This document shows, piece by piece, positions 35,280-47,491 of a stretch of DNA of 64,000 nucleotides (positions are counted from its first letter, which is position 1; every line of letters begins with the position of its first letter). The position numbers and the translations under genes were made by a program. Location: contig MU626339.1 of NCBI GenBank assembly GCA_025603075.1, positions 1-64,000 on the forward strand, written 5' to 3'. Below the pieces are notes generated by a model. It did no database searches and was not told the origin of the DNA. It saw only the letters and a program-made list of their open reading frames with translations. The DNA comes from Neoconidiobolus thromboides FSU 785. Taxonomy: Eukaryota > Fungi > Entomophthoromycota.

Positions 35280-38171
35280 ATATACGGAACAAATAGCTTT
35301 CTCAACAGTATATAAACTAATAATTATAACATAATTATTGAAAAATAAACCAAAACAATGTGAATTTTGATATTTTTACAGAAGTTGTCATATATTATTA
35401 AAAGACCAAATAGCTTCTTAACAATGCTTTTGTATAATAATAGCACATTATAATATAGTCGCTGATTCTATTCTATGGCTATAACTATAGTTTTATACTT
35501 AAATAAAAAATACCTAATAAATTTACTAACTTATTTAATTGACTCTGTTCATAACTTCTATCTTGTAGAGTTTGATTCACTAATAGTTTAGTGTCGAGAT
35601 CATTTTATAGATAGGGATAAATATTTCTGCGTAGAAATTATTAAAGTTTAACAGGTTAAAAGAGTTTTCTAAGGACTGGATTGACAATCATATGCTTTAA
35701 AGTTTTTGTTTTTTCATTATTTTTATATGGTTTAAATGTGATGGTCACTGTTATTTTGCTAATAATGCTCTAAATCAAAAAAATAATGTAATTACTTTGA
35801 ATATCTTTATATTTTTTCAGCTCTTTACTCATTTTCATCGCTGCCAAATGGATATGTACTTCCAGCTTCCTTTCAAGTTTTTGTGTTGGGTATCTCAATG
35901 ATACCTGTAATTTGACTTCAAGTGTTTTTTTCCTATGCATTATCTTTAAGATGCGAAGGTATTTCTAACCATAATTCTATCGAACAAAATCTCTTAGATT
36001 ATGGTTATAAATGATAAGATATCTATCATTAGTAGAGTTTAAGGCTTAAATTTTTAGATAAATATATCTTTGGAGAAAGTTAACTATTGCTAATCAAAAA
36101 TCTTAAATTTGATAACAAAAAGAAGCACCTTAAATCAACATTCTTTTTGCTATGACTTTTTTTATAGATTTATTGTTATTAGGAAAACAAAAGATATGTC
36201 TGGTAGTAAAGAGAGTAAACTTGTTTTTTTTATTATAGCTTTTATAATCTTACTGGTGTTTTTTATAGTGAAAATTTTATTGTCTTCAACTAAACAGACT
36301 GATCAATGTGTACATTATGTTGTCATTTTTAGCTGAAAGATCAAGTACATTGGTTCTAACTGGTGAACATTTGGCAGGTATCATACCTCTAACGTGTATT
36401 TTTATTTTTTATTCTCTACCTTGAAGTGCAAAAAGAACATCTTTAAATAAACTTGCTAGTGAATGAACTTCATTCACTTTATACAATCCAATGAATGTGT
36501 ACTCTTTATACCATTGTTTTTCATAATTAAAGCATTTCAAAAATAAAGATAAAAACAAAGATAAAACTCATCGCTTTATCATTTCCTTATCACTCTTAAT
36601 CTGCTTTTATGAATGAATTATACCATCCGCTTTGGATGAGGAATCCAAAAAACAAAAATAATATAGTTTTGAATACTTGTTACTATTTTGTTTTTAATGT
36701 TAAAAGGATTGGGTCAATTTTTTTGGTAGATGAGTTATAGTACGTAGCTCCTAACCTGCTGTATTAACATCAACTTGATGCTATCTTTTAAATTTATATT
36801 AAATATCTATTCGATAGTCTCTTTTAGTAACGTTAAATCTATGAAATACTATTGGTCATTAAAACATCCCAATTATAATCTATTATTACATACCAACAAG
36901 GAGGCGCTCTAATAATAAATCAATGACACGATAAAATAAAAAGCCTATGATTAATGGTAAAAACAAAGCATTACTCGTAAATAAACAAGCATATATATTG
37001 TGTTCTGTATATGTATTATTTTATGACCTTTTTTGTAAATCAAATAGTATCCAAGAAATTTTCATATCTAGTGATCCTTAGTGTAAATAGCTATCAATAC
37101 TTTTGTTGAATGCTAAGTTCAAAAAAAATACTATGCTGTTGTAGGTATAATGATTACTATATAATAAAGCATAGGTATGATATTGTACTTATAAAACAAA
37201 AGTAATTTTAAAGCAGTTCCACAACTTTTAAGATAAATTTCAATAATAGCAATATAATAGAAATAACACAAAAATGATTTAATCATGTACAATTTATTGA
37301 CTTGTTAAAAATCAAATTTAGCTATAAACAAAATAATGCTTATAAAAATAATGGTCCAAAATCCTAAAGACTTTACCTTTTTGATGGCTTAATTTACTGT
37401 AATTTGTTTTATAAAAACTAGCAACTAAAAGCAGATTATTATATCTGCAATGTTTTTTATTAATATACAATAAATTTACAAGAAAATTCCTATTTATATT
37501 AATGGTAGTGAAACTATCATTAATATTAGATAGAAATTTCAAAACAGTGACATAATTCTTTAGCCATACTCGTAATAATAGCTATAAAATATTTAGCAAA
37601 TACTTCACAACTTAAACATTCAGCTTAGTTTTAGCATCCTCGTAGGCTATCTTATACCTAACCTCAGTCAAGACATTTCATTGTAGAACTAAAATAAAGT
37701 TACTAATATGTTACTGAAACTAACAATTTTAAATAGTCTAGAAGCAACGATTCTTTTATTAATGGAAATATGAAATAAAGCAAACTTCAAGAAGAATTGA
37801 ATCACTATTTAAAATTTGAAAAAATGAGTTAGCGATCTTGTCATCTATGTTAAACTATTTATAGGTAGCAGAGAACAATGTTAATTTAAACGTAGTTGAA
37901 ATTGAAGGAAGTATGAAGAATTGAATGTTTAGATAGTAAATTTTTGATAAAAAGATCCTATAAAGTTGATTTCGATTCGTAACTAAGGCTGTCTTTTATC
38001 AAGCATTGATTTGATATTCACAACTAAAAAGAAATTAATATGTTCAGTAAATTTTCTAGCTAATTTAGTAATCATTTAAATTCTGTTTATAAATTTACCT
38101 TCCAGAGAAGCCAATAATCAGTTAAATGATTCAAGATTCCCTGAAGTCAGTATGTAAAGTATTATTTATAT

Positions 38172-38269
38172 AGAGATGTATTTTTGCGTCTAAGAATTTT
38201 ACTAATAGTTTTTCCTCTCAAATAGTATTTAAAAGGTGGAAAAACTGATGAAGCCAAAAAAACATCCTT
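38172..38269 (+). mobile_element. MITE copy 10
   Basis: Flanks ATAT/ATGT. Confidence 0.88.
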
Positions 38270-38836
38270 ATGTTATTGTCCAGAAAATGAATTAAACAAA
38301 ACATCTGAAACTTTATTAATTTCCATATATAAAGGATGATATATAGTATTAAAAGATACCTTTTTGGGAGTTGTTATCTTGTTTTGATTTTGAACAAGTC
38401 TTGTCAAGCCAAATATAACTTCGCTTAACTTACTATCCCATACTAAATCAAATGACTATGGGTTTAAACATAATCCTTTAATTCATTACTTACCTTCTCT
38501 TCCTTTTAAGAATATAATTTAACTTTTAGCTTATATTTAAACTCCTTTCATCAGTAAATAGTCGGAATTATAAGTCCTTAGTTTTATAAGAAAACAGTTT
38601 ATAAAATACATAGCAATTGAAAAAAGTTAATATTCAATAAACGTACTATTTATTTAAAGGAGAATAAATTTATTAAAATTCTTAAAAAGTGTGCATAAAG
38701 TTCTAGTGTTTTATTTGACAACTACTGTTGAGACTGATTTATCAAATATAAAATGAGAAAGGCAAATAAAATATTATATATTTATTTGCACTATTATATA
38801 AAAACAAGAGCATCCCTATAATAAAAAATAATGTTT

Positions 38837-38931
38837 TGGGATGTTTTTTTGATTTCATTATTTTTTCAATTTTTTAAGCGCTATTTGAACGGAAAGATTG
38901 TTAGTGAAATTTTTAAAAAAAATACATCCCT
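38837..38931 (-). mobile_element. MITE copy 11
   Basis: Full-length; flanks GTTT/ATAT do not match. Confidence 0.85.
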
Positions 38932-39810
38932 ATATGCAAGAAGCTGTTTAATTAAAAAAACTGAAAAATTAACCTTAACTTATCTTACAAAAATAACAGA
39001 AAATTTAAAGGTTTTGATGTTAACTAAGCAAGTATCTTATTAAATAATAGAAGTCAACTATTAAATGTTGATATTATTTAAGTTATTACTAGCTAAATTA
39101 ATAAGTAGTTAAAAACCAAGTGATTATAATAATAATAATAAACTATTACTACGCTGTTTATATTGTATAATGATGATTAATTATAGTTTTTGAGATCAAC
39201 CACTCCCTTTCATGCAGCTATTTATTGACTTGATAATATATTAATAATGTAGCTGTAGCACTAAAACGATTTATTTTTTTGATAGTAAATCTACAATATC
39301 AGCTATAAAGCGGCTAACAATAACTATTTCTCAATGAAGTTTTATAAGAATATGTATTTATTTCTATACTATAACTTTAATTAATATGAGTATAAGATTA
39401 TATTAGTAAAAGTCTTGGTAGCCTGGGAATTTCTATTAAATTTAGTACAAGTTCAACTAACAATATAAATTATAACAAAATAACTCAAAATTGTGTTAGG
39501 TATTTTATAAAATTTTAAATAAAGTTTTTGAAATATAAAATATTAAAATTGAATAAAAAAATGAAACTAATTTGGATCTTCCCATATAGTATTTCAATTT
39601 ATAAGTTTGTAATCTAGATTCAATTTATTATGAAGCTAATTTAATCCTTGATTAAGAACATTTCGGTCGATTTACACCCTGATTTATCACTAAGAAACTT
39701 TGACTTACCTTTTATATGCATACCATCTTTTATATATCTATATCCCTTAATATTGCTACACTAGTTAAACTCTTACTCAAAATAGAAAGTACTTACCTAA
39801 ACTAGCAATC

Positions 39811-39903
39811 AAGGGTGTTTTTTTTGGCTTCATTGTTTTTTCTATTAAGTGCTATTTGAGCGGAAAAATTGTTAGTCAAATTCTTAAACAAAAATACATC
39901 CCC
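39811..39903 (-). mobile_element. MITE copy 12
   Basis: Perfect AATC/AATC flanks. Confidence 0.88.
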
Positions 39904-40168
39904 AATCAATAATTTGAGCTGAGCTATTTAATAACACTTATTTCCATAACAGTTGATGCCCAAGTAAATACAGTGAATGCAAATACCCTTATCACTATTG
40001 TACTACTTTCCAGTTACCTACTCCTATTTTAAATCAAACAGTATAAATACTTCTTGATTTCCGTAATAAAGGTAATTAAAAAACTTAATTTGGGTTGGTT
40101 TAAGTAAACTCTGAAACTAATTCGGATATCTCTGGATATAGGCTGAAAGTTTCAAAAAGTGCAAAAAT

Positions 40169-41372
40169 ATGAAGCTAGTTTTAATAATTGCTTTCTTGGC
40201 AGCAATTTTAGTTGCAGAAGATAGATATGATCCTTTTTTTAGTAGTGGAAGATGTACTAAAATAAATAATAAGCTATATACATTTGGTGAAGAATTGATT
40301 ACACTTAACCATTTTTGGCATCTTGACAACACAGGTTATAGTTTAGATTTGGACGCTACAATTAACCTTAGAAGCTCAAAAGCTCAACGGGAACATTTTT
40401 TTTATCAAAGGAGCCTAGTCCTAAATATCTAGTATACAGTGGTATTGGAAGTGATACAAATAAAATTGTTAATATATTTATAATACCAAAGGTGCCGGTG
40501 ATATACAATTATGATATTAAAAATAAAAGCTGGGATGCCAAAGAAGACAGCTCAAAAGCACTCCGTCAAGCAACGAATAACTCAGAGAGTAATATTAGTA
40601 TGCTTACTTTCTCTTCTTTAGTTGCTGTTACCCAAAATGATTCTAACTTAGATGAATACTTTTTATATTATAGTAAAGGCATACCGAAAGAGAACAATAA
40701 TTCCGGTGGTGAATTATGAGTATATAATAAAAAAGAAAATTTGTAGAGACGCTTTAAAGATAGATTAGACTATATTGATATCCTAATAGTAGAAGTTTAT
40801 AATAGGATACTTTATCTTATCAATGGAGAAATGGAACAAGATAACAAAAGAGTATTTAAAATATCATTAATTAACCTCAAAGATGAATCGATAAATACCA
40901 AATTTATAAATAGTTCAACCCTATTACGTTTAGAAGAATGGATAAAGCCTTATGCAAGAAATGCAAATTACATCTATTTTGTACAAGGAGAAGAATTTAA
41001 CTTAGGTGTTTTTGATTTAGAAGAATTGAGTTGGCATTATACTTTATGGTCTCCTAATATTAAAGTAAAGGTTCAACATATTGTGGTTTATAAAAAAGAT
41101 TTGTTGTTTTCATTTGCAACTTATAATGATGGCGATAAATCTACCCCAGTTATTTCATTAGAAAATAGGCAGTTAATTAATAGTGTACCCTTTCAAACTG
41201 TTTATAATGATACAAACAAAATAATTGGTGGGGTTATTGGTAGTCTATTGGGCCTATTACTTGTTTCTTTTGGATTTACGTCTATGTCAGAAAAAGAAAT
41301 AATAAGCCTATTGTTCCAAGTTATTTTAGAAAAAATAAATATAGCTTTGTAAATGATGCATTTCAAAGTTAA
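40169..41372 (+). pseudogene. Type I membrane protein with kelch/beta-propeller-like ectodomain, pseudogene
   Basis: Signal peptide. One-base frameshift in a T run near 40400. GGEL*VYNKKENL*RR has two stops where Trp is expected. TM IIGGVIGSLLGLLLVSFGF is followed by a frameshift to the basic tail YVYVRKRNN. Confidence 0.75.
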
Positions 41373-43355
41373 TTAAAGCTATAAAATACCATTTTCTCCC
41401 TTTCAATTTCCTCTTCTCACACTAAAGTAATGTCCTATCATATATCAACTCTCCTTGTAGGCCTTTACCCTAGGTAGGTGAACCTCATTTTAACTGAACT
41501 CAGACTTTCCATTACTAGGCTCACCCGGAACAAGAAAGCTACAATCAAATCACTAACTCCCACCTTTTTGGCTATCCTCAATCGTGATATAGTAGAAGTA
41601 TTTGCCAACTTTTGCAAAGCCCATGCCCTATTTGGTTTTATCCATCCTTAACCATAATTTTCATCTAAGTATTCTAAATTAATAAACATAAAGTCCTTCA
41701 GCTTTTGAATTTAAAAATAAAAACTCATAAAGTATATTAATTATCAATAATGGCTTTCAATAAGTCCTAGTTTTGTTTTCTGATCTCCTAACCTATAAAA
41801 TGTTCTACCCAGAAGATAGTGTCCAAATTCGGACTATGTCATAAATCGACATTTTTCGATTTTTTTTCTTCCTAGTCATATTATCTGTTATTTCCCATAG
41901 ATTGACATCACAAAGCCCTTCTATTCTTTGAAATTAAATAGGGCTTTTAGCTACATTCATGATTTTTATTGTCTATTCCTTTCATATTTGAGTTTTTCAT
42001 AATAAAAGACATTTTTTAAATATTCGAATCTAAGTTTATTTACGAAATTAGAGGGTTTTTCATAGCGGTTTATAAACAGCTATAGCTAAAACTGAGATAA
42101 TGGTGAAGCCATAAAAGGCAATTTTAATATTTTATTTTACTTAAGGTTTTTATATTAAGTTTGTTAAAATCATAAATCATCAAAATCTATTAGCATTTTA
42201 ACAAGATCAATGATTACTGTATTTAATAAAGTTGATTAATTTTCAGCTTAAAAATTATTAAAACTTAACTAATCTTTATTAAGCCAATATTCAAAAATGC
42301 CCTAAAAAAATTAGCTTTAAGATATTTAATATTCATTTTATTTATAGTTGAAGCTGTTCTTGTCAAATTTTGTAATAGATTTTTTACTTATTCATTAAAA
42401 GAATTTTTTATTGTTAAGACTAATTTAATCTAACATGATTCTTGGTTCTAGATTAAATACCATTCATGTGAAGATCCAGCTTTTTATTGTTGTTATAATA
42501 TATAAAGTGGTTTAACTTCTGATACAAATAGTTTCTTTAAGAAGTTCTAGTTATCTTTTTTAATGCTTTTCTTTGTGGAGTATTATAATAACTTGCTCAA
42601 GTTTCACTTGTACTAATTCTAACATTTTATAACAATCTTCCTTGATCAAAAAGAGCTTTTTGTATTACTTTGTTGCATTTTTCTTTTAGTTATAGTTATA
42701 ACTACCTACAAAGTTTTATAATAATCTCTAATCCTATTTTTATTGACTTAATATTTTATAATACTTATATTGAGTATATATATAGTCGATGACAGTTTAT
42801 TTTTATTAAATAGAATTTACCCTTGTTTACTAATAAATGGTTCAATAGAATGCTTTATTTAAATGTGTAAATACTTATTTCGTTAAAAAATCCCAAAAGT
42901 ATTGTATAGAAATATTCGATTGTAGCACTCTATCTCGAAATTTATAGATCTATATTAAATGATGTAACTCAAAAATCTTTATTAGGAACTACTTTAAAGT
43001 GTGAAATTTATTAACCCTTAAGGTTTTTATTGATACATAAAAAAAGAGAACTGTTAAAAAAAAGAAGGCTATAAGAGTGGGCATGAATGACTAACAAGCT
43101 ATAAAAAATACAAAGCCACACAAAAGATTCAGATTTGGTATACAAATGGCATAAATCTATCATCATATGAATCAATGGTATTGAAGCACTAAGTATTATT
43201 GTTTGAAAATATTAAATCTAATCTCTATTCATTCAGTTTAAAATAACCATAGTTACTTTACAATATCTTTAAATTGTTTAAAGTTAAAAGTCATAAATCC
43301 TTTTATAGGAATAGAAAGTAATGTTTTTGTAGCGAACCTAATTAGCATAATGTAA

Positions 43356-44304
43356 TTGTTAAATTTTAAAAAGCATATTTTCTTTTCCTTTTTTAACATA
43401 ATTAACGAAAACCCTTTGGCTTACTTATGTCGCATACTAGGCTTATTTAGTGTGATACTTAGTTCACTTTTAATAGCTATAGGAAGTGGGATACTCCATC
43501 TTAAGCCTGATATCAAATTGATTGTATCAGTTGCTATAACAGAATTATTAGCTTCATTTATAGTGTTAATTGATCCAATAGTGACAACAATCAGAGAAGA
43601 TGATTCAACAAACGAACCATACTTTTATCAATTCTTTGGATTCTTCATTATGCTTTTATTTTTAGCTCAATTAATATTCTCGTTATTTTTAGCAATCCAA
43701 CGCATATTTAATACTAATATTCAAATACAACTATTACTGATATACTCCTAGCTTAGTTTCTTTATTAGCCCATCTTACTTTATCTATTATCTTAGCTACT
43801 AGATTAGAATTAATGCCACAAGCAGTTAAACTATTCTACTTACTCCATCCCTCCAAGTTTTTACTATTTTCAATTGCGTTTCACTATAAAATGGTTTAAT
43901 CAATAATTCATATTATTATTATCATTCATTGTTATACAAAACTAGCCATGCTCACCAATGTCATTCTCGAATTTATCAATATGAACCTAAACAATTGTAT
44001 CAACAACAGCAAGCCATCAATTAAAATCCATGGAGCAAGAAGACGGTAGTCCCACGAATTTATGACTCACCTGTATTATATCCTACTTGCATGCTTTCTG
44101 GTTGTGTATTTTTTATTATAAATTCTTTTCTTGTGTAGAATAGTAGAAATGTTGACTTACAGTATGCCTTGGGCTCCATTTCATCCGTATTATTTCTCCT
44201 GGGATTATTTTTTAATTCTTTGTTATTTGTCACTAATCACGCTACTACCAATAAGAAAACTCTCAAAATTGGAAAAGAATTTTTCAAAATTTAGAATAAT
44301 ATAG
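43356..44304 (+). pseudogene. Decayed 7-TM/GPCR-like gene
   Basis: TM1-3-like ORF (RILGLFSVILSSLL...IKLIVSVAITELL), then several stops and frameshifts, then TM6-7-like text (LYYILLACFLVVYF..MPWAPF..FSWDYFLILCYL). Confidence 0.5.
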
Positions 44305-44401
44305 GAGGATGTATTTTTGTGTTTAAGAATTTTAGTAACCATTTTTCCACTCAAATAGCACTTAAAAGTTGGAAAAAGTGATGAAATCAAAAAACATCCC
44401 C
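44305..44401 (+). mobile_element. MITE copy 13
   Basis: Perfect ATAG/ATAG flanks. Confidence 0.9.
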
Positions 44402-44615
44402 ATAGCATTGTAATGTTTTGATATCACTGACTTTTCCTAAAAGAACGTCAGCCATAAAAATAAAATATTATTTAGTATAATCATAAAATTCAATCAGTTC
44501 AGGAAGTATCCAAATCATTATTTATTACTTTCTAAATTTAGTAAATCATGTAGAACTAAGTTTGAATAAATACTAGGTTACTATTTAGTGTTATCTAAGC
44601 TATTAAGATACATAT

Positions 44616-44706
44616 GGGAATGCATTTTCTAAGGATTTTACTAACAATCTTTCCACTCAAATAGTGCTTAAAAAATGGAAAAGTAATGAAGCCAAAAAAC
44701 ACCCCC
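44616..44706 (+). mobile_element. MITE copy 14
   Basis: Small internal deletion; flanks ATAT/ACAT. Confidence 0.85.
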
Positions 44707-45319
44707 ACATCAAACTTTTCTAAATATATATACGGCTTAAAGTTATCAGCTTAACCAAAATGATATTAGTAATAAGTAGAAATATAAACAAAAGTAGTTT
44801 AGTAATTGTTGTTAGTATTAACATTAGTGCTATAGTTAACATTAGGATTAGAAGTATGCCCAAAGCTAGAGAAAATTATTTTATTTTTTAGGTTGTGATT
44901 ATTTTTAAAAAATAAAAATATCACATTTTATAACTTGCCTACTCTGTTCGTAGCTTATAATAAACAAACAGTATTTTCAAAATAGTTCTTTATAAAGTTT
45001 ATTAAGATTTTTATATTTTACTATTTATATAAGTCTTATGGAACTTGGTAATAACATATAGTTTTATGACAAAAGTTTGAAAATTATAAGAAGGTTTAAA
45101 TAATTTTTTTATTCACTGTAAACTATTGTAATTAACTTAGCTTCTTTCTATTGGTATATTTTTTAATCAAATAAAAGCAAGAGGTTTACATCTTATTTGT
45201 AATCATATAAAAACTCTGTAAAATAATCGGAGCTCATTGCTATCTATAAAGTAATTTAATCTACATAATAACCAATTTCTTAACTTTTATCATACACACC
45301 TCTTATAATTTATCATATG

Positions 45320-45560
45320 ACCTTTCCGATACTCTAGTAACAGCGTTTTCAATTTATGTGTATGGGAAGTTATTTCAGGACTATAATAGCTATCTTTAGC
45401 GTCCTATAGATCAATAGGTTTAGTAATCATACTTAGCGGTCTTCGTTTCCTTACTTTATGTTTATAGAATACAAATAATGTGACTAATGTTATTAAAACA
45501 ATTTTACCTATATCATGAGTGAAATTAAAAGGCTTTAAATTCAACTTTTTTTAAACTTTA
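45320..45560 (-). pseudogene. Possible relic of a type I membrane protein C-terminus
   Basis: Reads KPFNFTHDIGKIVLITLVTLFVFYKHKVRKRRPLSMITKPIDL*: a TM helix plus stop-transfer basic cluster, with no intact upstream ORF. Confidence 0.3.
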
Positions 45561-46145
45561 ATTCTTGTAAATAAATAACATGTTGCTTTTAAAATAGCGA
45601 TGTTGACACTGAAAGCATTGTGAGTATAAAATTCAATACCACCATTATTAATAGAAATAATTACTAAAGTTTATAGTTTTATATAGGCTTCAATACAAAG
45701 AGCACAATCGAAATATAGTTGGAATAAAAACTCTGTCTATAATTTTATCAATGTATCACGAATTACAAGTTATGGCTAAGAATGTTATTTATCTATGGAA
45801 ACAATGGGTCAAAGTTTAATAAATATTTACAATCATTCATAAGCTTTTTACTATAGTTAATTTTAAACTAACTATAACAATTAAAATTTTAATCTGAAAC
45901 TACAAAAACATTTAGCTTTTCGTAACATTCGCCCTCACTTAAAAATCACACTTAGGCCTAACAAAAAGGATAAATATTTATAGTAAAAGTTAATAAGCTT
46001 CAAAAAAAAAACTAAGGTCAAAAGAACGAAATCAAATTAAAAGATCATCACTATGAAAATCAAGTGAAAAAAATAAACAGAGAATATAAAACCAAAAGCA
46101 ACCAAATATCTTCTTTATTTACTAAAATCAATAAATTTTGAAGAT

Positions 46146-46364
46146 ATGAAAATAAACTATAACTTACTATTATTGACTTTGTTAGTCATTACATGTTTAA
46201 GTATGGAATTGGTATCCAGTTTACCAGCTAAAGAAAGAGAGAATGATTCTGAAGTGACCTCTGCTAAGCCCAAGAAATCAAGTGGTGTTATAAATTTAAT
46301 CTTTTCTGCTCTTTACCAAGTGCCTTTATTCTCAAGATTTATTAAAGCTACCTATTCGTCTTAA
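46146..46364 (+). CDS. Small secreted protein, 72 aa (signal + acidic spacer + amphipathic C-terminal helix)
   Basis: MKINYNLLLLTLLVITCLSMELVSS-LPAKERENDSEVTSAKPKK-SSGVINLIFSALYQVPLFSRFIKATYSS. Confidence 0.7.
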   Translation: MKINYNLLLLTLLVITCLSMELVSSLPAKERENDSEVTSAKPKKSSGVINLIFSALYQVPLFSRFIKATYSS

Positions 46365-47491
46365 ACTTATATTACTGAAATAAACAAAATTTACTTTCTT
46401 TTAGATTATACGGTTTAAAGAATATTTGCTATAGGAAAGCTATTATTTTATTCTAAATTATTGTTTTTACATGAGCTTTGGCCTTTAGAGATTGAATATT
46501 ATATACTTAGACTAAATCTCAAAATGACCAAAAGCAATGTACTTAATAATAAACCTTTATAATTAAATTATAATGGAATCTTAAGCCCTAAGATTGCATT
46601 CTACCAATATCTAGAGCAAAAAAAGATTTTAGGCTTATAATGACAACCTATCGATTAAAGTTTATCGTCAACTTTATTTATCAAAATAAGATCAACTTCA
46701 AATAGTTGTTTACACGCTATTGTGTTGGTCAATGTTGTTAGTCAATAGCATTTAAAATTTAAAATATTATTATACTACGAATGCTTTTATATCATTTTTG
46801 TAAATTCTATTATTAAATCTTGATGTAATTTAAAAAATAAGTAACTTAACTTAAGAATTATAATTTTATAAATAGCAGTCCAACTTAAACAAAGCTAAGC
46901 CATTAAGATTCGATCGCAGTGAAATTCATTGGAATCCTTGTATTGTTGTGATGACTAACATGTATTTTTTTATCAAAGTTTTAAATTATACTTACTATTG
47001 GAAAAATTTAGGTGCAACTTGTAAACTTTAAAGGTGATATAAATAGTTTAAACCATATATTAATATAACACAATGTCAAGCTGTATTCTGTCAAGAGCTA
47101 TATAGAATATAATAAAACTATAATATAAATAAACAATAGTGCTAATTGATAAAGTTTGATATGATAATTTGAAAAAAGCGGAGAAATCTAATTCTTACTG
47201 TTTTAGTAAAAGATATTATAAGATACTTATATAATTAATCAGATGAATTCAATACTACCACAATCCTCTACTGATCGCTAATATAGTTGTTATACATCCA
47301 TTATACTACTATCATTATCTCAATTTACCAAATAAAGTCATATCAAAATTTACTTTTCTTACATCTTCATAAACTTAATTTAAACCTCATCAACCAATCA
47401 ATTTTATTAAACTCATATTTGTTTTAAAATAAAAATAAAAATTACAAGACCAATTTAATCTTTACAAAATCAACTATTTTAATTTTTACTA

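Noticed and set aside
36600-37320. Hydrophobic minus-strand fragments (NIYACLFTSNALFLPLIIGFLFYRVIDLLL; CVISIILLLLKFIL) suggesting another GPCR relic
   Set aside because: Too fragmented, and AT-rich DNA yields such F/I/L runs by chance. A TBLASTN with intact GPCRs is needed.
41440-41650. Minus-strand text SRLRIAKKVGVSDLIV resembling a transposase helix-turn-helix
   Set aside because: A single short motif with no start codon in frame, no DDE domain and no matching TIRs.
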